Assembly (NCBI GenBank): GCA_000004985.1
Contig: GG738866.1
DNA: 64,000 bases
Origin: Naegleria gruberi
Lineage: Eukaryota
Direction: 5' to 3' (one strand)
The position numbers and the translations under genes were made by a program. The notes beneath the pieces were generated by a model that saw nothing but the letters and a program-made list of their open reading frames with translations, did not search any database and was not told the origin of the DNA. This document shows, one piece after another, positions 44,257 to 55,832 of the stretch. The first letter of the stretch is position 1; the number at the start of each line of letters is the position of its first letter.

Positions 44257-45672
44257 CTACAGACCAATTTTTATTGCGTCAATTCTTGGAACTTTTTCTC
44301 TCAAAATGTAGAGCTTGTTATTTTGGGCTGCTACGATTTGAGTGTCTTCATCAATACTTCCTTGATCCTCAATGTTGACTTGTTGGAATATTTTACCCTT
44401 TGATGTTTCAACAAGGAGAATGGATTGGTCACAAACCACAGAAACAAATCTAGAGTTGGTATCAACAACACTGATTTGAAGCGAACATTGTTGTGAGACA
44501 GCTCCTTCAGAATTGATATTCAAAGTCCAAGTTCTTTCAATATCTTCAGCCTTACTCTTGAGGCCAAAGAGTTGGTAATTGCTACTTTTTGTACGACACA
44601 AAATTACAAACTCATCACCAACAGTGGCAATTGCATTGGAACAAACTGATGCCTTATCTGTCAAACCAATTGAAAGGGAGGAACTAGTCAAATTATTCTT
44701 GTCAAAAGTTGTTGCAAACACCATGAATCCATCAAGAGTTCTAAACTGTGAGAGAGCAAGCATTCTTGTTTTGAGAGAACTGAGATGGTATGGAACGAGA
44801 GAGGCTCCAGAACGTGATTGAGTAACAACTATACCAGTTTCGAGTTCGAATTTAATCAAACCACCATAAATTGAAGCAAAAGCGTATGGGCTGTTGGAGT
44901 CTCTAATGAGTTGACCAAAATATCCTTGTTCACTTGGAATCATGAAATTAATTGTCTTGGTAATGGTATCGATGGAAATAATATTTCTACTGGTTGAGAG
45001 AACGATTGAAGATTCGCCATATCTTTCAAAGATTAATAAACCGTGCATGATATCCATCACACCATCTGATTCATACATTGTGGTCCATTTCCAACTTGGT
45101 GAAATCTTGATGAGAACATTACTTCCCTTAGTGATATTCTTTCTGACAAGGAAATAATTTCCCTTACTATCGACAACTGGAGTTGGCATTACTGTATCAT
45201 AATCATTTTCCTGCAATTCAGCTGGAAGCATGAATTGTGAAATGGTTGAGTAGGAACCATCTTCCAAATTGACAGCTCCCATCAAGGTCATTGTTGGATG
45301 AGCAGATGGTTCAAACTGATCAGATCCTTTCATAAATGGATGAAGCAATACCAGCAATTGCTTCCCCACACTGTCTAACACAAGGGAGGAGGTTTCTATG
45401 GCCGATAATGACCATTCTCTCAAAATTAATGAAAAACTATCATGACGATAGTCAAAGGTGGAAAATCTCGATTGAGAACTATTTAAATTGACTTGTGTCC
45501 AAGGTGCATTATTTACATTACTATTTGTCTGTACATTTTGTGGAGTGGTAGTGGTAGTGGCTTTAATCTTATTGATGGCTATCGAAAGTGATTGAATAGG
45601 TTGTATCGTCAGCAGGGTGTTGATGACTAATATTATTGCTAGCAAAATTAATTGTACGGCTTGTTTCTTCAT
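44257..45672 (-). CDS. Secreted hypothetical protein (signal peptide, no recognisable domain)
   Basis: ORF 44257..45738. The likely start is ATG at 45672, giving 'MKKQAVQLILLAIILVINTLLTIQPIQSL' (signal peptide). The remaining ~440 aa are mixed-composition and beta-rich-looking. Confidence 0.55.
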   Translation of the reverse strand: MKKQAVQLILLAIILVINTLLTIQPIQSLSIAINKIKATTTTTPQNVQTNSNVNNAPWTQVNLNSSQSRFSTFDYRHDSFSLILREWSLSAIETSSLVLDSVGKQLLVLLHPFMKGSDQFEPSAHPTMTLMGAVNLEDGSYSTISQFMLPAELQENDYDTVMPTPVVDSKGNYFLVRKNITKGSNVLIKISPSWKWTTMYESDGVMDIMHGLLIFERYGESSIVLSTSRNIISIDTITKTINFMIPSEQGYFGQLIRDSNSPYAFASIYGGLIKFELETGIVVTQSRSGASLVPYHLSSLKTRMLALSQFRTLDGFMVFATTFDKNNLTSSSLSIGLTDKASVCSNAIATVGDEFVILCRTKSSNYQLFGLKSKAEDIERTWTLNINSEGAVSQQCSLQISVVDTNSRFVSVVCDQSILLVETSKGKIFQQVNIEDQGSIDEDTQIVAAQNNKLYILREKVPRIDAIKIGL

Positions 45673-46231
45673 CTTATTGTTTTTTTCAACTTGTCGGAAG
45701 GTTTTAATAAACAAGCCTTTTCTTCTTATATAAAACAAAGGCTTGTTCTCTCTCTGATGGTAGTTAGTACCTGGTGTCCATGGTCGATTATCCGAAGCTT
45801 AGGTAGCTACCGAAGAAAATAAGCAAGGAGATATCATCAAACAAGTACTAGTGGCTGCATTTTTTTTGGAAGTGTTTATTATTTTGGCGCGCTTTCCAAT
45901 TTGGATGAATATAATTTATTTGAAAAAAGCCAAAGGATTAGGAAAATTGGCTATCAGCACACAATTAAGAGATGGCATTTCCACTTGAAAATTCATACAT
46001 GCAAATACTTCAAACAAATTTTACAAGAAGTTGTTGTAAAAATAAAAATTTAATCATCCCTTTCAATGAGAAGATTCCTTATTCTTTGAATTTCGTGCGG
46101 GGATGACTATTGATTTTCCAAAAATTTATTCAAGTGTTTACAATAAAGTCACTTGTCACGAAACCAAATGGAAATCTCTAAATGGAAATTAAAATAATTC
46201 TAAATGAATTTAATGTACAATTTTTTGTTAA

Positions 46232-49200
46232 TTACTTTTTCTTCTTTCTACTCTTTTGTTCTTCATCAATTTGTCTCTTTGAGGCCAATGTCTTTTTATC
46301 GGCATACTGTATAAGAATGTCAATTATTTCTGATTGCGAAATTTCGAGACAATTCTTTCCTTGTGAATTTCTCAAACTCATATCTGTGTTTGGAGCCAGA
46401 GATTTGACCAAATTCTTGAAATCGGCTCTGATGGCAGCAAAGATTGGAGTTTCATGGTTGTCGTCTAATAAGTTCAATACTTTCTTTTTGGAAGCAGCAG
46501 AAAGTTTGGAGAGTAATGAAACAATAAGAGAATGCTTGTATGAGTGCAATTCTCTCTTTTCCACTCGGAAATAAACTGGCAAGGAACTATCACACAATAA
46601 ATGCATAATTGTTTTGCCTGATTTCTTATCCATTCTCGACAAGAATTGAAGAATTTCCTTCTCTGTTGTCAACTTTTCTTGAATTTTTTTAAGGGGATAA
46701 CCTTTCAACGCACAAACCTCCAACATGCTTAATTGATAAGTAACAGGCTCCTGAACGCAACTGTACATTTTCCCAATATACTTGATGGTAGAAGGATTGC
46801 TTGTGTTCCCGTAGTTATTAAGAAATTCAGTCAATTCTCTATTTTCATCTCTATTCACAAGTTGTACGATACACTTTTGTTCCAACAAATCTGAATCAAT
46901 TAAATCCTCAACTGGCTCTAATTCTGAAAAGTCACCAAAAGGAGTAAAATTGAAAATATAGCCTGAAATCAATTTCTTATCATCTCCTACTAGATTTTTT
47001 TCTTTAAGCTTACGCTTCAAAGACTCTTCTAAAATGTGATATTGCAAGTTTGCAGAAGCCAGTTCATTGATAGTTGACTCGCATTCGTCTAATGGTTTAC
47101 CTAAATAATGTATAATTTTTTTAGCCACCCTGTAATGACCATATTTCACTGCTAACTTCCAAGAATTTAATTTGGTAATACTGCTCTCCTCCTCATATAA
47201 CTTCGAATTGACACAATACTCATTATAAATTCCATTCATTGCTTGAAGAGCATAGTAATTTATCATTCCTTCATTTTCGTCTGTATAATTCCCATAATCC
47301 ACTGACCCATTCACTATGTACCTCTTTCTTGTAATCAAGCCAAGATCAGCAATAGTTTGAGTTTCAATACCAAGCATTAAATATGTATGTACAGGAGTTA
47401 GATTAACTACTCCAAGTGTTTCAGAACTCATTGTAATCTCAATCTCAAGACACTTTTTTAAAACCTCCTTACTCTTGTTCAAAATAGAAAAATAATTAAT
47501 GGAGCGTGCAAAAGCATAATACAAAAGTAATTTGGCTCCATTGATGTATGGTTCCCCCTTTTTTAACTCGAAAAATTCTGATTTGAACGGAACATTGGAA
47601 AGGGCATATTCCAAATCACAACCCCGTTCAACAAGCAAACTACTTAGCCGCTCAGAATCAAGGAGAGATTTGCAGAGTAGAGTTTGCCCATTTGCATCTC
47701 TCGAATTTAACTCCTCTAATTTTAATGATGCAAGCAATGTACTACTCCACATACTGGAATTCACAACAAACAATGCTGGTATTTCATCATTATTCTTGTG
47801 GCTGATATCAACGCCCAAAGTTGTAATAGCATAATCAGTAAGTGTGCTTGGTGCACGTGACAAAATATGGAGCAGATTACCACCATTAGAGCTTCTAAAG
47901 TCTTTCAATTCTTTGCCATTTCTTTGATATATTTTGTTGAAAAACTTTAAAAATTCCATACTGTTATAAGAACCAAATTGTCTTAATCGTGAGGCCCAAT
48001 TTTCTATTGCATTTAATCCATTAGAATTTGTTTTTTCTAAAGTTTCCAATTCAATATTCTCGAAGAGTGACAAACTTCCAGCACTATAATCTGAGATATA
48101 ACTTAAAATAGATCCTTCTGAACAGGTATAATTAAGGTCCACTCCAAGGTCTATTAAAGATTTGACTATATCGAATGGAATTGGGGAATAACTGTATACA
48201 TTCGACTTGAATAAACAGTAAAGAAGATTCATGTTTGCAGCATTACCCTCTATTATTCCATTACTATTTCCCAAATTTAACAATGTAGGCTCTCTTTCTA
48301 AAGCCTTTTTAAGTAATGTTATTTTCCGATTATTCACCAGGCATGTCAACGGGTTATATGCGCCTTCGATTATTAGTGGTATTTCTTTGTTCTCTATAAC
48401 TAGATTCAACAGATGATCATTTCCATTTTGAAATATTCTATTTAACATGTAACGGTCCATTTTGTATCTCAAATGAGGTTCTAGATCAGTATTAGCAACA
48501 AATTTTTTGTAAAATTCGTCAAACAATAAATCACTACGCGCCAATTCTGATTCAAATTCTGATATCTGGACAGGAATGTCTTGAGCCTTTGCATATTCAA
48601 TTATTACATCATATAGATCGTCATTTTTCAACTCTACAAGCTTGAATGGGTGCAATAGATTCCAATTAATATTTTCCTCATAAACCAGCATATCCCAAAA
48701 CTCTAGCACATTATCATATTCAGTGATAGGGTTATCAGCCTTTACCTTTTTCAATCGTGTCAGAAGTTGTTCTGATGTATTATGATACTTCAAATTAATT
48801 GTTTCTAGAGAGCTCATGGGAGTTTCTTTCTTATTGTGCAATCCATTCAAGTAGTTAATTATTTTGTTCTTGTCTGTGCCAAAATAGATGTAACCATTTT
48901 CAGAAGTTCCATAAATATTGACAGTCTTTAGATCTGAAGAGTGTTTGTTATTCTTGTGACAGTCCACTAAAACATCCAAAAATTCAAAAAGCCCAGTTGC
49001 CAAAGCAACACATTCCAAATCAAAAAATTCAAATGTTTCAATCTTGTTAGGTTGTTGAAAAAAGGCCTCCCAACCACTTTGACAAACTCTCAACTTGGTA
49101 AAATTTGGAAAATAACTAGCCATCTGTTTCAACTTGGTACTTTTAAACTTTTCAATTTGATTCTTTTCTCTGGTCAACAAATCAAGAACTTTCACCTTTG

Positions 49201-49543
49201 GAAAGAACACCTTCTCCAACTTGTTCTTCCAAAATCTATTCGTTGCTCTCATATTCAACAAATCAGGATAAACCGGTACAAAATCCAAAATATATTGCAT
49301 CAAATCTTCATTCACCTCTTGTCCCCACAAATTAAAGTAAAATTCTTGATCTTGTTGCGAATCGTCGTTGATTTCCATCACCGTTGGAGCAACAACATCT
49401 TTACCACCTCTCTTAGAGGAGGTTGATTTTGTTTGTTTCCTCTTCTTTTGCACTTTGACATTATCACCCGATGATGATGTTGATGATTTTGATTTCTTCG
49501 AAGTCTTCTTGTCCTCTTCTGTTCTTGCGCGGCGTGGAGGCAT
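46232..49543 (-). CDS. Large protein with basic Ser/Lys-rich N-terminus, F-box-like motif and degenerate ankyrin-like repeats
   Basis: 1103-aa uninterrupted ORF. N-terminal 'PPRRARTEEDKKTSKKSKSS...KKRKQTK' is NLS-like. F-box-like 'DLMQYILDFVPVYPDLLNMRATNRFWKNKL'. Ankyrin-like stretches, e.g. 'NGGNLLHILSRAPSTLTDYAITTLGVDISHKNNDEIPALF' and 'DNHETPIFAAIRADFKNLVKSLAPNTDMSLRNSQGKNCLEIS'. Confidence 0.55.
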   Translation of the reverse strand: MPPRRARTEEDKKTSKKSKSSTSSSGDNVKVQKKRKQTKSTSSKRGGKDVVAPTVMEINDDSQQDQEFYFNLWGQEVNEDLMQYILDFVPVYPDLLNMRATNRFWKNKLEKVFFPKVKVLDLLTREKNQIEKFKSTKLKQMASYFPNFTKLRVCQSGWEAFFQQPNKIETFEFFDLECVALATGLFEFLDVLVDCHKNNKHSSDLKTVNIYGTSENGYIYFGTDKNKIINYLNGLHNKKETPMSSLETINLKYHNTSEQLLTRLKKVKADNPITEYDNVLEFWDMLVYEENINWNLLHPFKLVELKNDDLYDVIIEYAKAQDIPVQISEFESELARSDLLFDEFYKKFVANTDLEPHLRYKMDRYMLNRIFQNGNDHLLNLVIENKEIPLIIEGAYNPLTCLVNNRKITLLKKALEREPTLLNLGNSNGIIEGNAANMNLLYCLFKSNVYSYSPIPFDIVKSLIDLGVDLNYTCSEGSILSYISDYSAGSLSLFENIELETLEKTNSNGLNAIENWASRLRQFGSYNSMEFLKFFNKIYQRNGKELKDFRSSNGGNLLHILSRAPSTLTDYAITTLGVDISHKNNDEIPALFVVNSSMWSSTLLASLKLEELNSRDANGQTLLCKSLLDSERLSSLLVERGCDLEYALSNVPFKSEFFELKKGEPYINGAKLLLYYAFARSINYFSILNKSKEVLKKCLEIEITMSSETLGVVNLTPVHTYLMLGIETQTIADLGLITRKRYIVNGSVDYGNYTDENEGMINYYALQAMNGIYNEYCVNSKLYEEESSITKLNSWKLAVKYGHYRVAKKIIHYLGKPLDECESTINELASANLQYHILEESLKRKLKEKNLVGDDKKLISGYIFNFTPFGDFSELEPVEDLIDSDLLEQKCIVQLVNRDENRELTEFLNNYGNTSNPSTIKYIGKMYSCVQEPVTYQLSMLEVCALKGYPLKKIQEKLTTEKEILQFLSRMDKKSGKTIMHLLCDSSLPVYFRVEKRELHSYKHSLIVSLLSKLSAASKKKVLNLLDDNHETPIFAAIRADFKNLVKSLAPNTDMSLRNSQGKNCLEISQSEIIDILIQYADKKTLASKRQIDEEQKSRKKKK

Positions 49544-49976
49544 TTTTTTTTATCTTTGTGGGGGGATAAGTGGAAATTGTAAACTATGAAATTATTAAGA
49601 TAGTATCAACAACTTGCAGGTAAAAATTGTAAAGTATTGAAATGAACAAAGGACTCTAACTATTAAGAATGTGAACATTCGGCTTGTACAAGTTGATTAA
49701 AATTTTATGTAGTGATATGAGAATGTCAAGTATAGTATTATATAGTATTATACAAAGAGTCTTTTTGTTGACTTGTGAAAAAATTTGTCGATTTGGGACT
49801 GTGAGATTTGTTATCTGAGGTTGTACTTTTGAAAAAATCTAATTTATTTGTGATGGTTTCAAATTCAATACTAGCCGTTACACAATTTGGCGCCACTTCT
49901 TTTTAACTGCCAGTTATCAATTATAAATTCAAAAAAAAATAACTTTACTAGGCCACTCACACTTCCACTAGGAAAA

Positions 49977-51830
49977 ATGGTTAGATCCTTCTTTCAAAAA
50001 CTCTTTAGAACAGAATCTTCCTCGACAGCTTCCAATGTAACGCTGACATCAGCTCTTGGCCTGCCACCTGTCGAAGAAGAACCAAGACGTGCAACAATTA
50101 GTGCATCTACATCAAATCTGGATACTTCCTCACCTAACAAACGTAAAAGAACAGCTCTAGCTGATGATACTTTGCATGACATGTTAGAATCATATTCACC
50201 AAACTCACAAAAGAGAGCCACTACACCTGACAGATCAAAACAATTGAAATTAACACCACCTTCACAGAAAGGTAGTGTTGCTACACCTATATCTGATAAG
50301 ACACCAGTTAAAGGATTACATGCCAGAAGTCAATCATTAATCATGACACCTAAATCTGACATGAGCTCTCCAAGATTACCTTCTTCACCATTAACAAGTA
50401 ACAAGACAATCTCTTCCAGTTTTGATGTTTTCCCACAAGTATACAAAGGTTTGGAACCTTTTTGTATAGAAAATTCACTTCCAAAATTGGGAAAAAAATT
50501 CAATGAAATGATTTACAAACAAACTGAGAGTTGGGTTTCGAATACTAATGATGATGCTCAATTGAAAGAAGCATCTTCTAATATGAAATTTACTAGAGAT
50601 TTGTTAAGAATGTCACATAGTATGACAATTGATGCTTTTGAACCTGTCAGACAACAATCTGTCAGAAATAATAATCCAACAAGTGGAAAATTTAAAACTA
50701 TTCATAATTTTGCAACTATTGAGGATCCTACTCTAAGAATGATTGATATCATTAACACTGTTCATGACATGTTTGAAATGACAACTGGCATTGCCAAACC
50801 TTCCCATTTAGGTAAATTCTGCACACTTGCTTGTTATCAAGATTTGACCAATACATTCACCTCTTGCAACGTTCAACCTGAAGATTTGGTAAATGTTTTC
50901 AGAACTTTGTGCGTTAAGAGAAATGAAAATTCAATTCCACATCCAATGCTCAAGGTTTTGTCACTTGTCGATCAATCCATTGTGGTTGGTACACTTGGAC
51001 AAGTTGCTCAATGTATCATGACTTTGAAAAATTCTATTCAACAATTGCCTAATAAGGAGTCCACAATTACAATTGACCAATTTAAGGATATCAGAGGAAC
51101 TTGGAAAGTTTCATTCCGTGACTATGGACCAACCTCTAGTAATGGTGGTGGCTTAAGCGTTGTCCATCAACGTAGTGATTGTATGCTCACAAAGAATAAT
51201 CCAAAACTCTTCCCTGCATCTGTGTCCACACCTTCCAAAAATGGCATTCCTCAACCAAGACAAGAATTTGTTGAATTGTTCCATATTACATGGCAAGTAG
51301 AACTCTTCATGGATTCGAGAGAAACTCCAAAATACATCAAGGCAATTGAAGTTTCCTTGAAGGAAATTGATTGGACTTGTTCAGGAAGTCGATCATTGGA
51401 GAATTCAGTTTTTTCATTCTTGACTCCAGAGCAAAGATTTGAAGCTGAGAGAATTTGTAGATTATTCTTCTCTGTGAAGAATGAAATGAAACGTGCTACT
51501 GGTGGTATTATTGAAGATTCAAGTCGTTTCACTCAACCTGTAAAAGTCAGAGTTGATAATATTCAACCTTACATTCCACCAGTTGCTTTGACAAGTAGTA
51601 CTAGCTCTGCAAATTTAATGTCACCACGTAGAGGTTCTGTTGCTCATGATCGTTCAGTGAGTAATGATGAAAACATGTTGAGTCCAAGAAAAAGAGCTAC
51701 CGATTCCATTCGATTGGGTTATAATTGGTTCACTAAATTATTCTCATCCAATTCAAATTCTATTGAGGATGTTTTGGCTGAATATGTTCATCCAGCCAGT
51801 GCAAGTACCAGTAATTCTCTGAGTAAGTAA
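49977..51830 (+). CDS. Hypothetical Ser-rich protein
   Basis: The ORF track starts at a TTG (49887). The first ATG is at 49977 ('MVRSFFQKLF...'). Ser/Thr/Pro-rich N-terminal third, then ordinary-composition sequence; no motif recognised. Confidence 0.5.
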   Translation: MVRSFFQKLFRTESSSTASNVTLTSALGLPPVEEEPRRATISASTSNLDTSSPNKRKRTALADDTLHDMLESYSPNSQKRATTPDRSKQLKLTPPSQKGSVATPISDKTPVKGLHARSQSLIMTPKSDMSSPRLPSSPLTSNKTISSSFDVFPQVYKGLEPFCIENSLPKLGKKFNEMIYKQTESWVSNTNDDAQLKEASSNMKFTRDLLRMSHSMTIDAFEPVRQQSVRNNNPTSGKFKTIHNFATIEDPTLRMIDIINTVHDMFEMTTGIAKPSHLGKFCTLACYQDLTNTFTSCNVQPEDLVNVFRTLCVKRNENSIPHPMLKVLSLVDQSIVVGTLGQVAQCIMTLKNSIQQLPNKESTITIDQFKDIRGTWKVSFRDYGPTSSNGGGLSVVHQRSDCMLTKNNPKLFPASVSTPSKNGIPQPRQEFVELFHITWQVELFMDSRETPKYIKAIEVSLKEIDWTCSGSRSLENSVFSFLTPEQRFEAERICRLFFSVKNEMKRATGGIIEDSSRFTQPVKVRVDNIQPYIPPVALTSSTSSANLMSPRRGSVAHDRSVSNDENMLSPRKRATDSIRLGYNWFTKLFSSNSNSIEDVLAEYVHPASASTSNSLSK

Positions 51831-52319
51831 ATTACTTGGTCTTGCAGTCATTCAAGAGAGTACAAATAAAATCATTTTGTAAATATCAAACAGATAATAA
51901 TCGATTGTTTTCTAGTCTTTTGAATATGTTTCAATTAATTTACAGGTTTTATTATTAACAGGGTGGAAAAGTTCTATCTCCTTGGAAATGGAATGGAATA
52001 ACCTCCAAAGGAACACAATTTTGAAGGAGTTTTCAAAGGTTGGAATTTGGTGCTATTTCCAAAATCCCCAAAAGCCAAATCGAAAGCTCTCAAAAGTGAA
52101 AAGGTAAAGTTTGGTTCCTTAACTGTCTTGACATTAATCTTGGTGGTGAGAGTGGCAAAATCATCCAATGCTTTCTGAGAGGAAAATTTAATAAAAACAA
52201 ATTTCTCATCATTTGTAATGTTTGATTTTATCATTTCCACATCCAATCTATTTTCATTCAATATAGTATTCCACCAATTTTAATATTTTCATAAATATTC
52301 CAATAAAAAGATTAAAAAC

Positions 52320-53919
52320 TTACACTGTTGTGGATGAATTCATTTCATCTTCAAAAATGGCATTCAAAAGAGTTTGTCTCAATTCTTCATTCAAAACATA
52401 TTCAGGTTGGGTCAGTAATTTGTACCACATTGAGGTTGAAATAGAGATCCACGTTCCAAAATATCCATAATTCAAGTATGGTGAAAATGCTTGTTTGATC
52501 TTGGTTCTCTTCTTCTTCTTTGGTTCTGTAGCATCATAAAATCTGTTATGATTAATCACAGACATGATACTGATTCTGTGTAACAAATCAACAACAAAGT
52601 GTTGTTGATTAGTCTTTTTAGCATCGTATTTTCTCGTAGCAGACCATTCACAACATACTTTTGAAACTGTATTGAATACAGAATCAATTTCATACATTGT
52701 GTAAACAGTCTCTATTTCTATAAGTTCTGACATGGAAATATCCTTCCTACGAACACAGGCAATTCCACTCTCACTCCAATCAATACAGAATGGACCAATA
52801 ACTATGGAAAAGTAGAAGGCTCCAAGTGGATACTCTTCATCGGTGAGATCCTTTCTGTGATTCAGTAATAATTGTACAGTGATGAAAGGTTTTTCAGTGT
52901 CATCATCAACAGATACGCTTGAATCTGGATTCATGTAGAAAAATTTAAATCTCTCTGGAATGGCCAAGTTTTGAGCAATTTCCTCAAGTTTGGATTCATC
53001 TGTTAAACATGAAAGAGAATTAATATTTTTCAATTTCTTTACAATATTTTCAATGGAATGTGCTTCTTGTGGTGTCAGTTTTGTGAATTTTGGAAGATCT
53101 TTAGAAAAATCATGAATCTCATCAGAGGATTGGCAGAAAGGGAATTCTATATCTCTTCCAATCGATCTATCTAGCATGCTACCACAATATGTGACAGGAA
53201 TTTCATGAAATCTCTTTCTCTGCAATGATAAAAATGTTTCAATAATATTCAAATCCCATTCTCTTTCCACTATTGCTGATGTTGTAGGGTTTGATTTCCT
53301 CTTTTCATCCTGTTCTACTATTGATTTTTCATTACTATTCATCGATTGTTGTTCAATAACATCCACTTGAGAAGAGGTTGTAAGATTCTTATGTCTTGAA
53401 ATGCTCTTGAGAGTTTCTGTCATGTCCTCAACTCTGGTAATTTTAACTGATTCTGCTGTTTTAATACATTCATCAATATCATCCATTCCGACCATATCAA
53501 AAATCAAAGGGTGATCACTTGCAAGAGTATTTATCACATTAATAGCTGCATCATTCGGAATGACCATTACCAAATCATACAATCCAAGCTTGGTATAATC
53601 CTGAATTTCATCAAATACCATACTCTCCTGAATGGCTTTTAAAAATCAACCAAATAATCAATTATTCATCAATCACAACGTTCATTACAAATTCCGATGA
53701 TCAAATAATCAATTCTTTCAAAATATTCAACCTACCATCCACAATACTCTGATCAAACTCCTTCTCCTTCAACCACAATACAAATTGCTCCTTCCTCCAC
53801 TCTTCAATAGGACCAGTTGATAGAGTCTCCTCACCACTCCGAGAACCAGAAAAAAACGCTTTGAAGAATTTTCGCATTTTTTCAAGATTTTTATTTTCTG
53901 TTGCCACAAATTTATTCAT
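52320..53919 (-). CDS. Hypothetical protein, 2 exons
   Basis: Exons (minus) 53919..53736 and 53635..52320; intron 53636..53735 (100 nt, GTAGGT...TAAAAG, phase 1). This joins two track ORFs in frame: '...EKEFDQSIVD|AIQESMVFDEIQDYTKL...'. No recognisable domain. Confidence 0.5.
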
Positions 53920-54176
53920 CTCACTAAATTGTCAATTTAGAAATGGAGAACAATTGTTTCAGGTCATGGGCTCATGTTGGTTGTGGTGATATAGTTTAGA
54001 TGAGGATCTTTACAGCAACAGCAGCTTAGGGTTAAGGAGAGCAGTTTGATAATGAAATTGGTGAGGGTTTTATTTTGTTTGGAATGCACAAATCAACCTT
54101 AAAAAAGGAAGATTTAAGCGGGTGGATTAATGTTACATGGGATAAGATGTGGACTATGGTTATGGATGCACAATGG

Positions 54177-54431
54177 TTATTTCCTGTAGGTCTTGTTTGC
54201 AAACTCTTCAAATTCTTTCTTGTATTCTGCTAGAGTTGTATTCATTTCTCTAAGGATGATATAGGAAGAAGAAACTCCCTTCTTTGAGTGTTCTAGTTGT
54301 GATCGAAGCTGTGTTACATTCTTTGAGAAGGATTGAAGACCCTTCCCCATTTCTTTAAGCTCTGCACTAATATCATGAGCAATCATGAGATTATGGGAAG
54401 GTGAAATATACTTGTTCGGTGATTGATTCAT
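54177..54431 (-). CDS. Small (84 aa) coiled-coil protein, function unknown
   Basis: ORF 'MNQSPNKYISPSHNLMIAHDISAELKEMGKGLQSFSKNVTQLRSQLEHSKK...LAEYKKEFEEFANKTYRK'. Amphipathic helices; resembles small BLOC/BORC-type subunits only in the most general sense. Confidence 0.35.
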   Translation of the reverse strand: MNQSPNKYISPSHNLMIAHDISAELKEMGKGLQSFSKNVTQLRSQLEHSKKGVSSSYIILREMNTTLAEYKKEFEEFANKTYRK

Positions 54432-54665
54432 TGATGAATAAAGGTGATAAGTGGAATTTTTGGATCAGGAATAATAATCGGAGAGATTGTTTGTCAACGA
54501 CTGATAATGATGAAATCTTTGGATAACAAGAAGGTAGACCCATAAAGAACAATAACTTCTTTCCAAAGTCTCACTGTAATAGTGATGATGATGTCTTGTT
54601 TTTTTATTAAGATTGAGAATTTGGAATGAACAGAGATTATTGCCTCCCGCCCTTCAAGCACAATT

Positions 54666-55543
54666 TTATTGCCCCTTTCTCTTGATCAAATCAGTCACTG
54701 CTTGCCTTACTTCCTTCTTGTCAAATGCTCCGAATTCATCAAAAAGATCATTCACATACCAGGAGTGATGGACTGTGCAGGAAGATGCTTTATACTTGGA
54801 GAAGAGCGAGTTTAAGGTTGGGAAATGAACCGAAATTTGATATTTTGGACAATTTCTCTTTTGAGCTTCTTCTTCATCTTCATCATAGACATCACTTTCA
54901 ATTCTCACATATCCGTATTGCATTGAGTAAGCCAAAAGGAATGTACCTTGTTCGAAAAAGTAACCATTGAGTGTGAGGGAGAATATAACAGTTACATAAC
55001 TATTGATTTTGTAAAAATTCAAATAGATCGAGAACAATTTTAAATTATTATTAAATTCAATGAGAATAATTATTAAATAATATTAATATTAATAATATCA
55101 ACAATAAATCAATTCATGCGTGAATATAAATTTCCAACAATAATTCATCCATTATTATTATAAAATTAATCAACTCGTAAAGATACATACGCAATACATA
55201 AAAACAAAGCATAGAGTGGATTTTTAGTAAAATAGGCTGTAACAGCACCTCCACAAGCCAAAAATCCAACAATTAATTTAATATTACTCAAAGTAGTATC
55301 CTCCTTGAATCCCTTTTCTTCCAAAAGAATCGATCGGACAGCAGAATCCAATGTATATTTAATAGAATACAAATCATAGACATTTAAAATTGGTTTCCTC
55401 TCCTGTTGTTCAACAATTGGTGTTGTTGAGGTTGGTGATGAGGTAGATGAATCGCCACTTGTTGTTGCTACACCACCTGATGGTATGACTGGAGTCTGAT
55501 CCTCTTCATTCAATGCAAAACCTTGTCGTTGTTGGAGTTCCAT
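54666..55543 (-). CDS. SPCS2: Signal peptidase complex subunit 2 (SPC25/SPCS2), 2 exons
   Basis: Exons (minus) 55543..55191 and 54999..54666; intron 55000..55190 (191 nt, GTATGT...CAATAG, phase 2). This merges two track ORFs. The product aligns along its length with SPC25: 'IKYTLDSAVRSILLEEKGFKEDTTLSNIKLIVGFLACGGAVTA' to '[43 protein letters not shown]'; 'NPLYALFLCIAYVTVIFSLTLNGYFFEQGTFLLA' to '[34 protein letters not shown]'; 'KYQISVHF' to 'KYTLKLTF'. Two TM helices. The start I use is the ATG at 55543 ('MELQQ'). Confidence 0.8.
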
Positions 55544-55832
55544 TCTCTTTGTGTGTTTGCTGATTGGTTTTTTTAATTTAAATTTTTTGAAAATTGTTTT
55601 AAAAAAATAATTGAAAAACTGTTTACCATCTTTTGCCACGCATTGTTCTTCTCCTTCGCCTACACGTGTTCCACAACCAAAAACACGATCTGAGAGACAA
55701 TTTTGACCTACTTTAAAAATCAACCAATATTATAATTGTGTTGTAATATCCGAATAATTTCTTATCGTATAATAGAGTGAAAAACGTTTTGCATTCTTCT
55801 ACGTATTTTTGTAAATTAAATTGATCATCAAC

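Noticed and set aside
49731-49752. Short tandem 'tagtattata' duplication in the intergenic region upstream of gene 49977
   Set aside because: Two copies of a 10-mer in AT-rich intergenic DNA, below the level that warrants a feature call.
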